Positions 1 to 12,179 of a stretch of DNA of 64,000 bases are shown here, piece after piece; the stretch's first letter is position 1; each line of letters opens with the position of its first letter. The stretch covers positions 35,092,001-35,156,000 of the forward strand of contig CM060732.1 in NCBI GenBank assembly GCA_030704615.1, given 5' to 3'. The notes beneath the pieces are model-generated. The model was not told the DNA's origin. It ran no database searches and saw nothing but the letters and a program-made list of their open reading frames with translations. The position numbers and the translations under genes are program-made. The stretch comes from Takakia lepidozioides. Its lineage: Eukaryota; Plantae; Bryophyta.

Positions 1-800
1 ATGCAATGGTTTTTGTTAATGTAGATGAGGTGAAAATTAAACAGATGGTCATCTTCAAGCTTATTTAGGCTTTGTTTGTGAAGAAGATGTGTAACAAAAT
101 GAGCAGTTTATTGTGGAACTTGTTCAGGTTTGTGTTATTGAAGATGAGGTGAAAAAAAACACATGGTCATTGTGATTGAATATTTAGGGTGTCTTTGTGA
201 AGAAGAGGTTAAAAAAAACATTGAGCTATCCTTGTGAAACTTGTTTAGGATTCTGTTATTGAAGAAGAGGTGAAAAAAAAAGTTAAGCTCTATCATTGTC
301 AAACTTGTTCAGGTTTCTGTTATTGAAGAAGAGGAGAAAAAAAAAATCAGATGGTCATAATGAATGTTTATTTAGGGTTTGTTTGTGAAGAAGAGGTGAA
401 AAAAAGGTGAAAAAAAAACTTGAGCTCTACCATTGTCAAACTTCTTCAGGTTTCTGTTATTGAAGAAGAGGTGAAGAAAATCCAACTGGTCATCATGAAT
501 GCTTATTTAGGGTTTGTTTGTGAAGAAGAGGTGAAAAAAATTGAGCTCTATCATTGTCAATCTTGTTCAGGTTTCTGTTGATGAAAAAGAGGTGAATAAA
601 AAATCAGATGTCATCATGAAGAAATTAGGGTTTGTTTGTGAAGAAGAGGTGAAAAAAAAATCATATGGTCATCATGAATGCTTATTTAGGGTTTGTTTGT
701 ATAGAGGACGTGGAAAACAAATGAGCTGTCATTGTGAAACTTGTTCAGGTGCCTGTTATTCAAGAAGAAATGGAAAACCAAACAGATGGTCATCATGAAG
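1..800. repeat. Tandem repeat of ~60 bp units, two alternating subtypes
   Basis: Units 'atggtcatcatgaatgcttatttagggtttgtttgtgaagaagaggtgaaaaaa' and 'ttgagctctatcattgtcaaacttgttcaggtttctgttattgaagaagaggtg' recur about every 60 bp. Confidence 0.9.
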
Positions 801-1130
801 CTCATTTACGCAATGCTTATGTAGAGGCCATGAAAAAATAAAATGAGCTTTCATACTGACACTTGTCCATGTTTGGTAGGCCCTCGAACAAAAAAAAGAT
901 TTTATTTATTTATTTATTTTTGGGCCCGGGGCAATATTGGGGGTGGGGGCAGAAGTGGTGTGCATTGACGCACTCAATTTTAGAGGCTCGTTAACCAAAC
1001 CCGATGAAAAAATAAATTACCTTTCATAACGAGACATCGCCTGCTTGTCCAGATTTAAAAACTGTGTATACATGTTCTACAAACAAGGCAGCCCTTTCCG
1101 ACATTGCGAAATATCGCAACATATGCAACA

Positions 1131-1700
1131 CTACTCGATATTACCAATGTCTTGCTGCAAAAGTGTCCGTACCTCACCAGGACCTAGTGTCGCCTGGTGA
1201 ATGATTTGGTCTCTTTTGGGATCACAATACATCATGCGCAAAAAGATGTAGTAAAGATGCTTGCATGGATCTCATTTCCCTCTCTTTCCTAGAGCTTCCT
1301 CACGCATACACACGAAGTCGGAACAGGTACACCCCGGAAAATTTTCCACCGTCACCTGATAGGCCCTGTCGTGCAAAACAGACCCAGATGTGACCAAAGT
1401 ATAAACCCGTCCATACCCAGGTGAAGGTACTTCCATAGTTCCTGTTACCCGAGCCTGAAGTAGTCTGGCCGATTCCACCTTCGCATCGATCAGGCCCCGA
1501 AGCCACCGGATGCACTATTTTGCCATTCCTTCTCGTGGGATGCGAAGTATCGTCTAGAGGAGGCACCATAGTAGCAAGGCCACCAAGAGTCGACGCCACA
1601 GATCGGTGCAGACGAAAGCCGGCGTCCTCCAACTTGCCAATCTCCAGTTCGTCAATGATCATCCTAAAATCATGATCATGAAAAAATTGAGTGTGTTGAC
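1131..1700 (-). pseudogene. SWIM zinc-finger protein remnant (TE-associated)
   Basis: YQVTVENFPGCTCSDF...RGK*DPCKHLYYIFLRMMYCDPKRDQIIHQATL gives a CxC-xn-CxH SWIM motif; in-frame TGA at 1272-1274; frame ends TAG 1131-1133. Confidence 0.75.
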
Positions 1701-1860
1701 GCACTCGGTTCTTGGGGGGGGGGGGGGGGGTTCCCCCAAAACCCGCCGGGTACCCGAGGTGAAAATCCGGACCCGCACCTGTCGTCGATGATCATTCTGA
1801 AATCATGATCATGAAGAAATTGAGTGCGTTGACACACTAAGTTCTCCCGGGGGGGGGGGA
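1651..1860. repeat. Two direct copies of a ~70 bp unit with near-palindrome AATTGAGTGCGTTGACGCACTC plus poly-G
   Basis: Copies at ~1655-1730 and ~1787-1860; related half-site 'gacgcactcaattt' at 967-980. Confidence 0.7.
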
Positions 1861-3634
1861 GGAGAGGGAACCAAGATTATTTATTTATTTATTTATTTTT
1901 GTTATCATACAATCTGTCACGATGAGATGTCGCCGGGAGCTTGCAAGCTACTTGAAAGCCTCGGGGATGCGGATTATCAAGACCTGGAACTGTGTCAACA
2001 GCCTATATCTGACAAAGGGGGATTGCCCAGGGCAGAAGGTGGGTTTCAAATACTTTGTTTTTATGCCTACTCTATTGAAGTTCCACTGTACTGACTGTTA
2101 TGAAGTCATGCTATTCGCACTGCCTGAATTGAGTGCTTCAGCGCACTCAGTTATGGCGGTGCATGAGCAATGACTCTGAACCAGTTCCATCCGGAATGGG
2201 TCTGCACTCCCACCCAGATGTGCTATGAAACATTCATCACTAATTATTGTCCTCTTCATCGCAGACCCGTCTATTTGAGGCCGTCTGTCTCGTGAGGGTA
2301 CATCCACTGTCGACTCCCACCACAGTGGTGGAGTTCAAGCTTCATGGGGGAGGATGTTTCATAAACGAGAGGTTCGATCCTGTCGTCGACGACATGCACT
2401 ACAACTATGTCGACTCCAACGTATGTTTGCGAAAGCCATCCGTCAATCTGTCTCTTGCAGGCGCTTCTTACCATGCTTGCAAGGCAGGTGGCAGGCACTT
2501 GTTTGGTATCGCCGAATTGCAACGGGCGCGTCTACCTCCAATGTCAAGGATGTCACTGCGCAAATTGATATCCTCGACGGAGACGACAAGGACCTGGACA
2601 ATGACTTTTCATGTGAGTAAGTTCATTTTCTGTCTATTTGATCCTTGTGTATATGCTCTGTCGCGTCCCCTTCTGTTGTTTGATTGTTACCCAAATGATG
2701 CATTTCTGATTGCAGGAATGTGAACGCACTCCCGTGGCCCCTATCTTCCATATACTTGAGGGACTTGTGTTGGAGCCCACCTCCTAATTATGTCCTTCCC
2801 GATTACGCGGAAGGCATTGCTCGTGTGCAAGCAGCTGTACTTTCTCCCCTACCCTTGCGTTGGAGTTCCAGGAAGACGCTCAGGCACCTCCGCGTAAAGG
2901 TCTTCATAGATGATAGTGCAGCAGTTTCAGGTGGTAGCAGTACTTCTAGCAGTTCAGCAGATTCAGGTGGTAGCAGTAGCAGTGTTGACACCACCTACGG
3001 ATGTACTTGAGGGCATTCATTTATGGAACATGAGGGGACACACTCTCCGTTTTCCGTTGCACCACCATTTCTCTTCCCACCATCCGTTGTAATGAGCACG
3101 GACTACAATGAAATTCACATCCTTGAATTGAAACATTCTCTCCCCCACGTCCTGCGAATTTGAAAGTGTTTTCCTTCTAAACATTGCTCTCCAATTCAAC
3201 CGTGTGCATTCAATAAAAGTTTTTCAACAGAGATGAATATGTGCATAGTCCAGTAGACAGTCATTCGACATATGCCATCACACCAATATTTGGTTGGATG
3301 GATGGAGGATGAATGTTTTTGGATGGATGAACCCTGATTGGATGTACACTGTGGATGAATGTTGCATGCATGGATGGTACCATGGATGATGTCAGTGCGC
3401 AGTATCATGCACATGGGTGGGATGGCGAGGTTCACTGTCGGGGTTGAGGTGAGTCCCTAAGGCTGACAAGGGTTAGGGTTTCTGTTTGGGGTTGCAGGGT
3501 TAATATGGATGAAGACGTGTTTCTGCGGTAATGGATCCTCTTCCACGGAAATAGACGCCGCATCTTTCCCAAAATCATGCCACGTGTCATGGGCTCACGC
3601 CAGGCTCCTGGGCTCACGTGACTAGGCTCACACT

Positions 3635-4998
3635 CTAGCATCCCCCGGAGATAGTGCTGTAGAATGTGTCAAGGCGCGCTTGGCAAAGATTTGGTGGGTC
3701 TCTGTTATGAGACCATGTGAACTTCAAACCTCCCTGCTTTGGGGCTATTGCATCCAGTAAGCCCACCGCCATGCAGAGGGAGTTCCAGGAGTCATTTTCT
3801 GCTGGTGAGAGTCCATGAGCTGACTGCCCCAGTCGATCCATGTCATCCTCCACCATGTTGAAATCCCCCCCCCCAGCAGCCAATGTTGGAGAGCTCCTAC
3901 TCTGTCAGTAAACAGCTCAATTCCATCAGTGACGAAGGTCAACGAAGGTTAGCACGAACATTTGCCCCTGCCCAACGAACCTGCCCAAAAATTGCACCTT
4001 CGACTAACAAAGGTGACAACATTCGCTCAGCCATGGTGATTCCGAAAATTATCATTTTTTCCCACTTCACCCCGAACCTTCATCCATCGAAGGTGGAGGA
4101 TGATATAGCAATGTTAATAAATAAAAAAAATAAAATAAAAAATAAAAACCGAAAAAATTTCATTTTTCCTAACTTCACCCCAATCATCTTCTTCATCCTC
4201 CACCTTTGGCCAACGAAGGTGTTCTCCGCGGCGATCTAGCCTACAACTGTTGTCCTTCAAGTCCACAACTCATACCCCGCCTGTGCCAGCCTTCTGTGAC
4301 AATTAAAGGGTTTTGTAACTTACCTTATTAGGTCTCGAGTTAGTTATCCGATGTTGACAAGCAATATAGTGTTGTTCTCATTCATTTCCTACTAGAAAAC
4401 GACTATCATTCAGTTTTGGATTTACGGGCAGCCCGAGAAAAAAATAATTGGACGTCCCTTTGCCATGTGGCCATTTTTCGTGTGTCCACGTCATACTGAT
4501 CGCTGATCGCTGATCGCTGACAAAATAGAAATCCCCCCAATGTTGGATGTTGGAGTTATGTAGCAGCTTTCCTCGGATCAAGTTCTAGAGATCCACCCTT
4601 TCAACTTCCCCATTTGGGGCATAAACGTTCAAGACTCCCACAGTGCCAAGAGACTGGCCCAAGTTCAAGGTAAGCACTGCACTCTTCCCCTGGACCCACA
4701 CCTCGTTAGAAACAATGAATTGGCTTAAGGAGGGAGAGGCCAATATGGCTGTACCTCCTCTAGAATCCACAACTGTGGGATTCCAGAAAGCGGTCGCAGC
4801 TGGCCAGATGGAGGCACCCAAGGAGGTAATTTTGTTTTGATCTAGCTTATGTTCTTGTAGGAGGAGGAGGGAGGAGCCTCTGATAAAGTCGGAGGCCCAA
4901 GTTCTGACTCTGGCTCTTTTTGGAGCGGAGTGGTCAGAGCCGAGCCCTCTGACATTCCAAGAGATGAGAGAGAGAGATTCATGGAGGGATGGGTCCAT
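3635..4998 (-). pseudogene. LINE ORF2 endonuclease split by an insertion
   Basis: N-half 4585-4998 (MDPSLHESLSLISWNVRGL...NVYAPNGEVERVDL*); C-half 3635-3937 (FVTDG...HWLLGG/GDFNMVE...FTWSHN...ARLDTFY). Confidence 0.85.
3938..4579. mobile_element. ~640 bp non-coding insertion inside the LINE endonuclease
   Basis: Removing it restores the EN frame; flanked by AAG at 3935-3937 and 4580-4582; internal repeated 'cgaaggt' motifs. Confidence 0.6.
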
Positions 4999-6243
4999 GG
5001 CCCGTGGGTTTAGCACTGGCTTCTTTCCTGTTAGGATTATGGAAGCATGGGCTTCCTTCTTATTTGCAGAAAAAGACCTCCAGCAACTTGACATCACCAG
5101 TTTGGCTGTTTCCTTCTTGGAGCCGCACTCCTTCAATTTCAGACCATTGCCAGGCTGGGAACATGGATCCGCCTACGCCAGAGAAAGAGTTGCAGTGTGT
5201 GTGACCCCCTTGCTATACACATTCACTGACGACTACACGAAGTTCTTCCTCCCGAGCGTCAAGGATGGTTTCCAGTCCGCATGGATTTCGGAGGACTTGG
5301 CCAAAGAGTATGGCCTCGGTAAAGAAAGGAACGTCACTCTGGCCCTAACCCCGCAGATCCTCAAAGTTTTCTTCCCTAAGATCAACCTTGCTTTGTCAAA
5401 CATTCAAGATGTAGGGATCATGGTGGAAAACAGTGACTCCCATGCAGATTTGGCAATCATTCATGTCATGCCAGGAATCTACATTAGAGGATTGGACACA
5501 TCAGGGAATCATGACTCGTGGTTTTGGGTGTGCAAAGCATTCCTTTCTTGCAGGGTCAAAAGCCCTGTCGAGTGGGCATGAAGCAGGAGGATTTTCGAAG
5601 TTGGGCTCAAAATGGTCGACAAACATTACGCCATGTACAAGGTCAACTTTGATGCTTGAGGTCAGGAGCCCAACATGCACAGGTAGCTGGTGTTAAGGGT
5701 GGAAAATCAATTCAACATCTCCACAAATGCGCCTCCTGAGCACTCCATCACATTTATGCTGCATGAGGAGACTGTTGAATCTCCTCCAGCGGTAAGCATG
5801 GACTTGCATGCCTGTCTTTTCTATGTACCTCATGCTTCCAATTGCAAAAGAGTCTGGACCCTCTTGATTGATAACCCTCACGAGTTGCAGAGACTACTCC
5901 CAGGTTGGTGGAGTGCTTGCGATCCCCCCTCCTCCCCTTCTGCACTCCTCTTTCTCTCTTCTCTGTTGGCATAGGAGATCCCTGCAGAAACACTTACAGT
6001 GCACAAAGATAGTTGTAACCAGTTCTCTCTGCTTAACTCCAATGACAAAGGAAGAGATCTAAGACGGTGTTCTCATGGAAACTTCCTGCCTTGCTGCTTC
6101 CCCACCTGGATTCAAATGGGTATCTACCTTGCCCCCATTTGACAAACGAACCAAATACATATTCCAACCAATCTGGCTGTCAAATCGTAGCCCCCTGTGC
6201 CTGTGCATTGAGGCTTGGTTGTGGATGTGATGAGCCCAATTCC

Positions 6244-7118
6244 CTAGCCCTGGGTTTCAAATGGGCAGTCTGCCTTTACATGGCCTTCACCATTGTAGAG
6301 AAAGCAGATTACAGACAACACCTCTTCCTTGATAGCCACCACTATGTAAGAATCATCCAGTGTGGGTAGTTTGATAGAGGAGCCAATAGCTGCACTTTCA
6401 GGCATAAGGACCACCATTTTTGGCACCCCGTTGTCCGGGTTGTAGTCAAAGTGGGATGCCTCAGTATCCACACTCACAATTTGATCGTGCGCAGGTTCAT
6501 ACACACTGATAGCACCTATGAATGTGCCAAAACTGGAGCCAATTTCGGGAAGCGAGGTCAGATATGTTGGTGGGAGGAAGGGAAAGGCTACCATCCTTGG
6601 CCTCCACATAACACCTTTTTTGTGCCCCCAATCCTGAATCCATGGAAACATGAAGACCTTGGCTAACGAGCGCTGTGTGTTGAAGCGAAGGGCCTTTTCA
6701 ACATCCAGGGAAGAGCTGAAGAGAACATGGTCAAGCAAAAGTGTTGTGAGAGGCCTCCTTCTTCCCCCAAGTGTTCCACCACCCACCGTCGAATCGATTT
6801 TCTCGACCACATCTTCCCCGGGAAATATAACATGATTCATGTTTGCTGCAGTTTTAGAGCTTGTGCCTTCATCTTTTCCTTATTTAGCGAGATGACAGGT
6901 TGCTCCGACTCCATCAAAACCACTGTGTCTTCCCACATCGCTTCAATATGCACTGGGGAGGTGGGAGGAATGATTGGGCTTGGTCCTTTGCCCAAGATTG
7001 AGCCACCCGAGGCGTCAATGGAAGCGATTTTTGGAGCCCAGATCTGAGTTTTGCCTCTGCCTGTTGAGGAGTTCCCTCCTCGCTTTCCGCGCTTTGAAGT
7101 GGCACCTCTGGAATCCAT
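6244..7118 (-). pseudogene. LINE ORF1 (DUF4283-like plus zinc knuckle), frameshifted near 6840
   Basis: ORFs 6837-7118 and 6244-6840; KVFMFPWIQDW...LPEIGSSFGTFI...ICFLYNGEGHVKADCP. Confidence 0.75.
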
Positions 7119-7288
7119 GATCGCAGCTGCAGCTTGACAAAATTAGATACCAGGGCAGAGAAGAGAAGGGAGAAGCAACTGGAAGAGAAGCAGGGGGGGA
7201 CGAGATATGAGAGAATTCTGATGAGAAGTAGAATTGTGTAGAGGCCCCAGAACGCAGGGGAGTAGATGGAGAGGAAGATAGATGAGTT

Positions 7289-8057
7289 GGGCTGCTATTT
7301 CATGAGCGGCATGAGCATGAGCGGAAAAAAAAAAAACATGAGCGGGCCATTGTGTGTCCACGGAAATAGGGTTAGGAGGCACGGAAATAGGGTCATGTGG
7401 ACTCGTCATAGAAATGAAATGCAACATTTTATTGCAAATTTGGTGGCAAGCCACGTCTATACAAATGTGTCCTAACTGTCATAGCAGGAATGGGAACCTC
7501 TCTACTACACCCTCCGAGGAACTTACCCCTCCTTCTTCCTCATCCCCCTCATCCCCCCCATCCTCCAAGCTCTGTGATGCATCGGTTGCACTATGCCTCT
7601 CAAAAATTCCGTCCTCTCCCTGGGGGACTGTCCACCTCACCTCCTGGGAATCTTCTGCCTCTTCTCCCCCACTTTCCTCAGCAGAATCCAAGACAAATCT
7701 ACGAGCCTGATGCTGCCTCCTCCCTCATCTTCATTTTCTTGAGGCTTGCCTCGTCTAGAATCTGCTGTACACGACTAGGTTCGGAAGACCTCCTAATGGA
7801 CACCGAAGCAAGCCGGGCAGCATAAATAGGAAGGATGTAGTCCCTTTCTGGACTAGGCATGAAATCCCCCCTGGCGAAAAAAGCACGTTCCTCCTGCCCA
7901 TGAACTCCGGTGTAGACGTCCCTCCTGCAGTACTTGGCATCCTACAGTAAGAACAAATCCACTTCAAGAATGTCAATACCAGCACAAGCAGAAATGGTCT
8001 TTCAATGAAATAAGAGAGCGAAGGGAGGTGCCTCACGAAATCAGGAGGCAACTTACA
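7289..8057 (+). repeat. Direct repeat copy 1 (~770 bp) of 10117-10870
   Basis: Near-identical from 'gggctgctatttcatgagcggcatgagc' to 'ggaggcaacttaca', with two indels. Confidence 0.95.
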
Positions 8058-8058
8058 A

Positions 8059-10113
8059 TGCGACCACTCACTCGTAAACCGGGGGTTCCTCGGCCTCGAT
8101 CCCAACTTGTTCCTCCCCCTACTCCTTCTCGGATTTTTCCTCATCCTCCGAGGATGCCTCTTTACTTCCAACACTCCCACTCAATTAAACCATATCATTG
8201 AGCTACTTCGTTTGTCTTCGGAGAAGAGACACCAAGTAAGGCTGAACACTTCATGTGTTTTGTTTGTGGTAGACTCTTCGTCAAAACATCCGCAACCATA
8301 TCTCCTGTAGCACAATAGATCCTCTTGATTTCTCCCTTGCATACAACTTCCCGTATGTAGTGATGTTGCATTTCAATGTGCTTCGTCCTTGAATGATACT
8401 TCGGATTCTGACTTAGTGCAATCGCACTTTGATTGTCACAATAAAGAGTCGTAGGTAGTGATTGGAGATGATCCAAATCTCCAAGCAACTTCCGTAACCA
8501 AATAGCCTCATTTGCTGCTTGTGTAATGGACATGTACTCAGCTTCTGTTGATGACAACGCTGTTGCAACTTGTCGTTTGCTAGACCAAGATACAGCTCCA
8601 CCTGCTAGGAGAAAACAATGGCCTGAAGTTGATTTTCTACTATCAACGTCTCCTGCCCAGTCAGCATCAGCAAACCCCAACAAACTTGGATCTTCCACTC
8701 TCTTGTAGAGTAGACCAGAGGTTGATGTTCCTCTTAGATATCGAAATATCCTCTTCACTGCTTTCCAATGGGTTTGTCCGGGATTTGAAAGAAATTGTGA
8801 GACCACTCCCACTGAATGTGCAATGTCTGGCCTAGTACAAACCATGCAATACATCAAACTGTCGATTGCGCTTTGATAAGGAGTTTTCCTCATATCTTCT
8901 TGCTCTTCTTGAGTCTTAGGTGCCATATCCTTCATAAGTTTCAAACCAACTTCGAGAGGAGTTGATGTTGGCTTACTCATCTATGACAATACATTGAGAC
9001 AATTCTACAAAGGTTTGACCACAAATTGCTCTCCCATCTTTTTCACATAGATGTTTGTGTCAGCAATGCTTCGCTCAAATCTTGCCTTTAAGAGGTAAGC
9101 ATCGATCCTAGCATACCAAGCTCGAGAACTTTGTTTGAGTCCATACAAACTCTTTTGCAGCTTACACACAATATCACTTCCTCCTTGTACAAACCCTTCA
9201 GGTTGTCTCATGTAGATCTCTTCTTGTAGTTCTCCATTCAGAAATGTGGTCTTAACATCCATTTGATGAACTTCGTGATCATGTTGAGCTGCAAGAGCTA
9301 ACAACACTCTGATAGAAGAAATCTTCACCACTGGTGAGAAGGTTTCATTGTAATCCACTCCTTGAATTTGTGCATAGCCTTTAGCTACAAGACGAACTTT
9401 GTACCGGTAAATAGATCCATCAGCTTTGTACTTCAACTTGAAGATCCACTTGCAACCAATGGCTCTTCGTCCTGCAGGCAACCTAGTGAGTGTCCATGCT
9501 TTGTTTTGCATCAATGAATCCAACTCTGAGTTGATTGCTTCTTCCTATTGTAGTTTGTCTAGAGAGCGCATCGCTTCCTCATATGTAGCAGGCTCAACCA
9601 CTTGTGAGGCTTCTTCCATAGCTTCAATGGCACTCATAGATGTAATCAGCCTACTATGAGCTTTTCTTTCCTGCTGAGATCTCCTTAGAATTGGCACATC
9701 TTCAACTTCATCTCTAGAGTCCATATCAACAAGTGTTTCACCAACTCGACTCCTTGATCAACTCCATCAAGTTGAACACCTCCATCATTTGCTTCAGCCA
9801 TCTCTTATATTGGCTCCTCATAAGACTCCTCTTGGAAATGGTGTAATGGCTCTAAGCTCATTCCCATGTCATCTTCTCCCACTACCAAAGAGGGTATGAA
9901 GCCTTCATCAAACACTACGTCCCTACTGTGTTTGTCAGCCTTAGTTGTCTTATTGAACAACTTATATCCCTTCACACCTTCTGTGTAGCCAATGAAGATG
10001 CATCCTTCTGATTTGGAGTCAAGTTTCCTTCGCTTCTGAGTAGGGATATGGACATATGCACGACATCCAAAAATCCTACAATGAGCCACACTAGGCTTCT
10101 GACCACTCCATAC
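8059..10113 (-). mobile_element. Ty1/Copia fragment: integrase end/SH3, RT, RNase H, PPT and start of 3' LTR
   Basis: HCRIFGCRAYVHIP..RKLDSKS; AIGCKWIFKLK..RLVAKGY..HQMDVKT..LYGLKQS; GFADADWAGD..RKSTSG..SSTEAEY..ADVLTK; PPT 'tgagtgggag' (8174-8183) then TGTTGG from 8173. Confidence 0.95.
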
Positions 10114-10116
10114 CGG

Positions 10117-10870
10117 GGGCTGCTATTTCATGAGCGGCATGAGCATGAGCGGAAAAAAAAAAAACATGAGCGGGCCATTGTGTGTCCACGGAAATAGGGT
10201 TAGGAGGCACGGAAATAGGGTCATGTGGACTCGTCATAGCAATGAAATGCAACATTTTATTGCAAATTTGGTGGCAAGCCACGTCTATACAAGTGTGTCC
10301 TAACTGTCATAGCAGGAATGGAAACCTCTCTACTACACCCTCCGAGGAACTTGCCCCTCATTCTTCCTCATCCCCCTCATCCCCCCCATCCTCCAAGCTC
10401 TGTGATGCATCGGTTGCACTATGCCTCTCAAAAATTCCGTCCTCTCCTTGGGGGACTGTCCACCTCACCTCCTGGGAATCTTCTGCCTCTTCTCCCCCAC
10501 TTTCCTCAGCAGAATCCAAGACAAATCTACGAGCCCGACGGGCTCTAATAGCTGCCGCCTCCTCCCTCATCTTCATTTTCTTGAGGTTTGCCCCGTCTAA
10601 AATCTGCTGTACACGACTAGGTTCGGAAGACCTCCTAATGGACACCAAAGCAAGCCGGGCAGCATAAGTAGGAAGGATGTAGTCCCTTTCTGGACTAGGC
10701 ATGAAATCCCCCATTGGCAAAGGTGTAGACGTCCCTCCTGCAGTACTTGGCATCCTACAGTAAGAACAAATCCACTTCAAGAATGTCAATACCAGCTCAA
10801 GCAGAAAGGGTCTTTCAATGAAATAAGAGAGCGAAGGGAGGTGCCTCACGAAATCAGGAGGCAACTTACA
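10117..10870 (+). repeat. Direct repeat copy 2; probable left part of a larger element running to ~16 kb
   Basis: Matches 7289-8057, truncates the Copia integrase at ~10113 and continues into the palindrome array. Confidence 0.9.
10358..10753 (-). CDS. Acidic hypothetical protein, probably TE-encoded (also present in repeat copy 1)
   Basis: MPSTAGGTSTP...KKMKMREEAAAIRARRARRFVLDSAEESGGEEAEDS; homologous frame at 7479-7940. Confidence 0.35.
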   Translation of the reverse strand: MPSTAGGTSTPLPMGDFMPSPERDYILPTYAARLALVSIRRSSEPSRVQQILDGANLKKMKMREEAAAIRARRARRFVLDSAEESGGEEAEDSQEVRWTVPQGEDGIFERHSATDASQSLEDGGDEGDEEE

Positions 10871-10978
10871 CAAAACCTCCAGTTTTGTGGCTGATTAGAC
10901 CCAAAAACGCGAAAACTGCATGCAAGGATAGAAAATTGTTCCTGAAGGGGCCCCAAACGCAAACATCCGGCCGGCGTC

Positions 10979-11652
10979 GGATGGAAATTCGGCGCCAAAT
11001 TTCCATCCGGTGGATATACTCTGTCGGCCCCCTGCCGGCCTCTTCCCCCGAGCCGACTTCATCCGACCGGCCCTGGATGGAAATTCGGCGCCGAATTTCC
11101 ATCCGGGGATGTTTTCTGTCGGCCAGGTGTCGGCCTCACCCCCCGAGACGACTTCCTGCGGGGGGCCCCGGATGGAAATTCGGCGCCGAATTTCCATCCG
11201 GGGGATGGTCTCTGTCCGCCCGGTGCCGGCTTCTCCCCTTCAGCCGACTTCATCCGGGCGGCACCGCATGGAAATTCGGCGCCGAATTTCCATCCGGTGG
11301 CTGATCTCTGTCGGCGACGTGTCCGCCTGGGGGGGGGGGGGGGGGGGCGGATGGAAATTCGGCGCTGAATTTCCATCCGACGGATGTACTCTGTCGGCCA
11401 GGTGCCGGCCTCTCCCCCCGACACGCCTAGTGACGGCGGCCTCGGATGGAAATTCGGCGCCGAATTTCCATCTGGGGATGTTTTCTGTCAGCCAGGTGTC
11501 GGCCTCTCCCCCCGACACGACCTCCTGCCGGCGTCATCGGATGGAAATTTGGTGTCGAATTTCCATCCGTCCACAACGTCTCGGCCGGAGAGATAGCCAC
11601 GTTTCATCCTACTTGATCCGCTGGATGGAAATTCGGCGCCGTTTTTCCATCC
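10979..11652. repeat. Array of eight 30 bp palindromes GGATGGAAATTCGGCGCCGAATTTCCATCC, ~95 bp period
   Basis: Copies start at 10979, 11075, 11170, 11266, 11349, 11444, 11539, 11623; GC-rich spacers resemble one another. Confidence 0.95.
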
Positions 11653-12179
11653 AGTGGGCTAATAATTTCTATGTGGGAGGGTGGGCGACTTGGGGCCTAC
11701 GGCTGACCTCCATACTCCTCCATTTAACAGCGCAGTTGCGCATTTAATGTCCGCCGTCAGTTTTCAACCGGACGTTCCGCACTGATTCCGTGCTACCGCC
11801 GTCGGATACCCCAAACCCTGATGTGGCGGGTGATGAAGTTCCACTCGATGCCACTACGCACGCATTTTCCGTGTGATATTTTCTTTTGCATGGACTTATG
11901 CCGCGTGGAGAAGGGCGTGGCTCTCCTGAGAGAAACCCCACATGCAGACCGCGCCGCAAACTGAAGCCTTTGTACTACGGGCGGGCATCCAGGGTCTCGC
12001 ATGGCCAAACTGAAGCTCCAGCAGGAGATCCCCTTGTCTTGCTCGCAGCCCGCGCCAACTGAAGCCGAGCACTCTCAGGCAAGCCCCTTTCTCTTTCCAT
12101 TTCTGTAACAATGTGCGGTCTTCTCCGCTTTGTTTTTTTGTTTTGGCATCTTCAGCCTGGCATCCTTGGAAGTGGAAGT

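Larger units (their letters stand above)
3620..7288 (-). mobile_element. L1-clade LINE, degenerate, truncated after the endonuclease domain
   Basis: ORF1 with zinc-knuckle-like ICFLYNGEGHVKADCP; ORF2 APE endonuclease motifs SWNVRG, LQEHK, NVYAP, GGDFN, FTW, ARLD. Confidence 0.88.

Noticed and set aside
1922-3435. Protein-like ORF fragments with one apparent intron (2613-2715)
   Set aside because: Fragmented and no family recognisable; probably decayed TE
4378-4581. ORF with WGDF as endonuclease continuation
   Set aside because: The true continuation (HWLLGG/GDFNM) is at 3635-3937; this ORF lies in the insertion
4964-5581. 205 aa plus-strand ORF
   Set aside because: Antisense to the LINE ORF1/ORF2 region, with no recognisable motifs
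7289-10870. Intact LTR retrotransposon with 770 bp LTRs
   Set aside because: PPT/TG lies elsewhere, no TG..CA ends, no PBS or gag
10979-11652. CRISPR array
   Set aside because: Spacers are ~65 bp and homologous to each other, the repeat is a loopless palindrome, no cas genes are present, and the context is eukaryotic
10866-11747. Overlapping ORFs on both strands (MEIRRRISI / WKFGAEFPS)
   Set aside because: Artefacts of the GC-rich palindromic repeat
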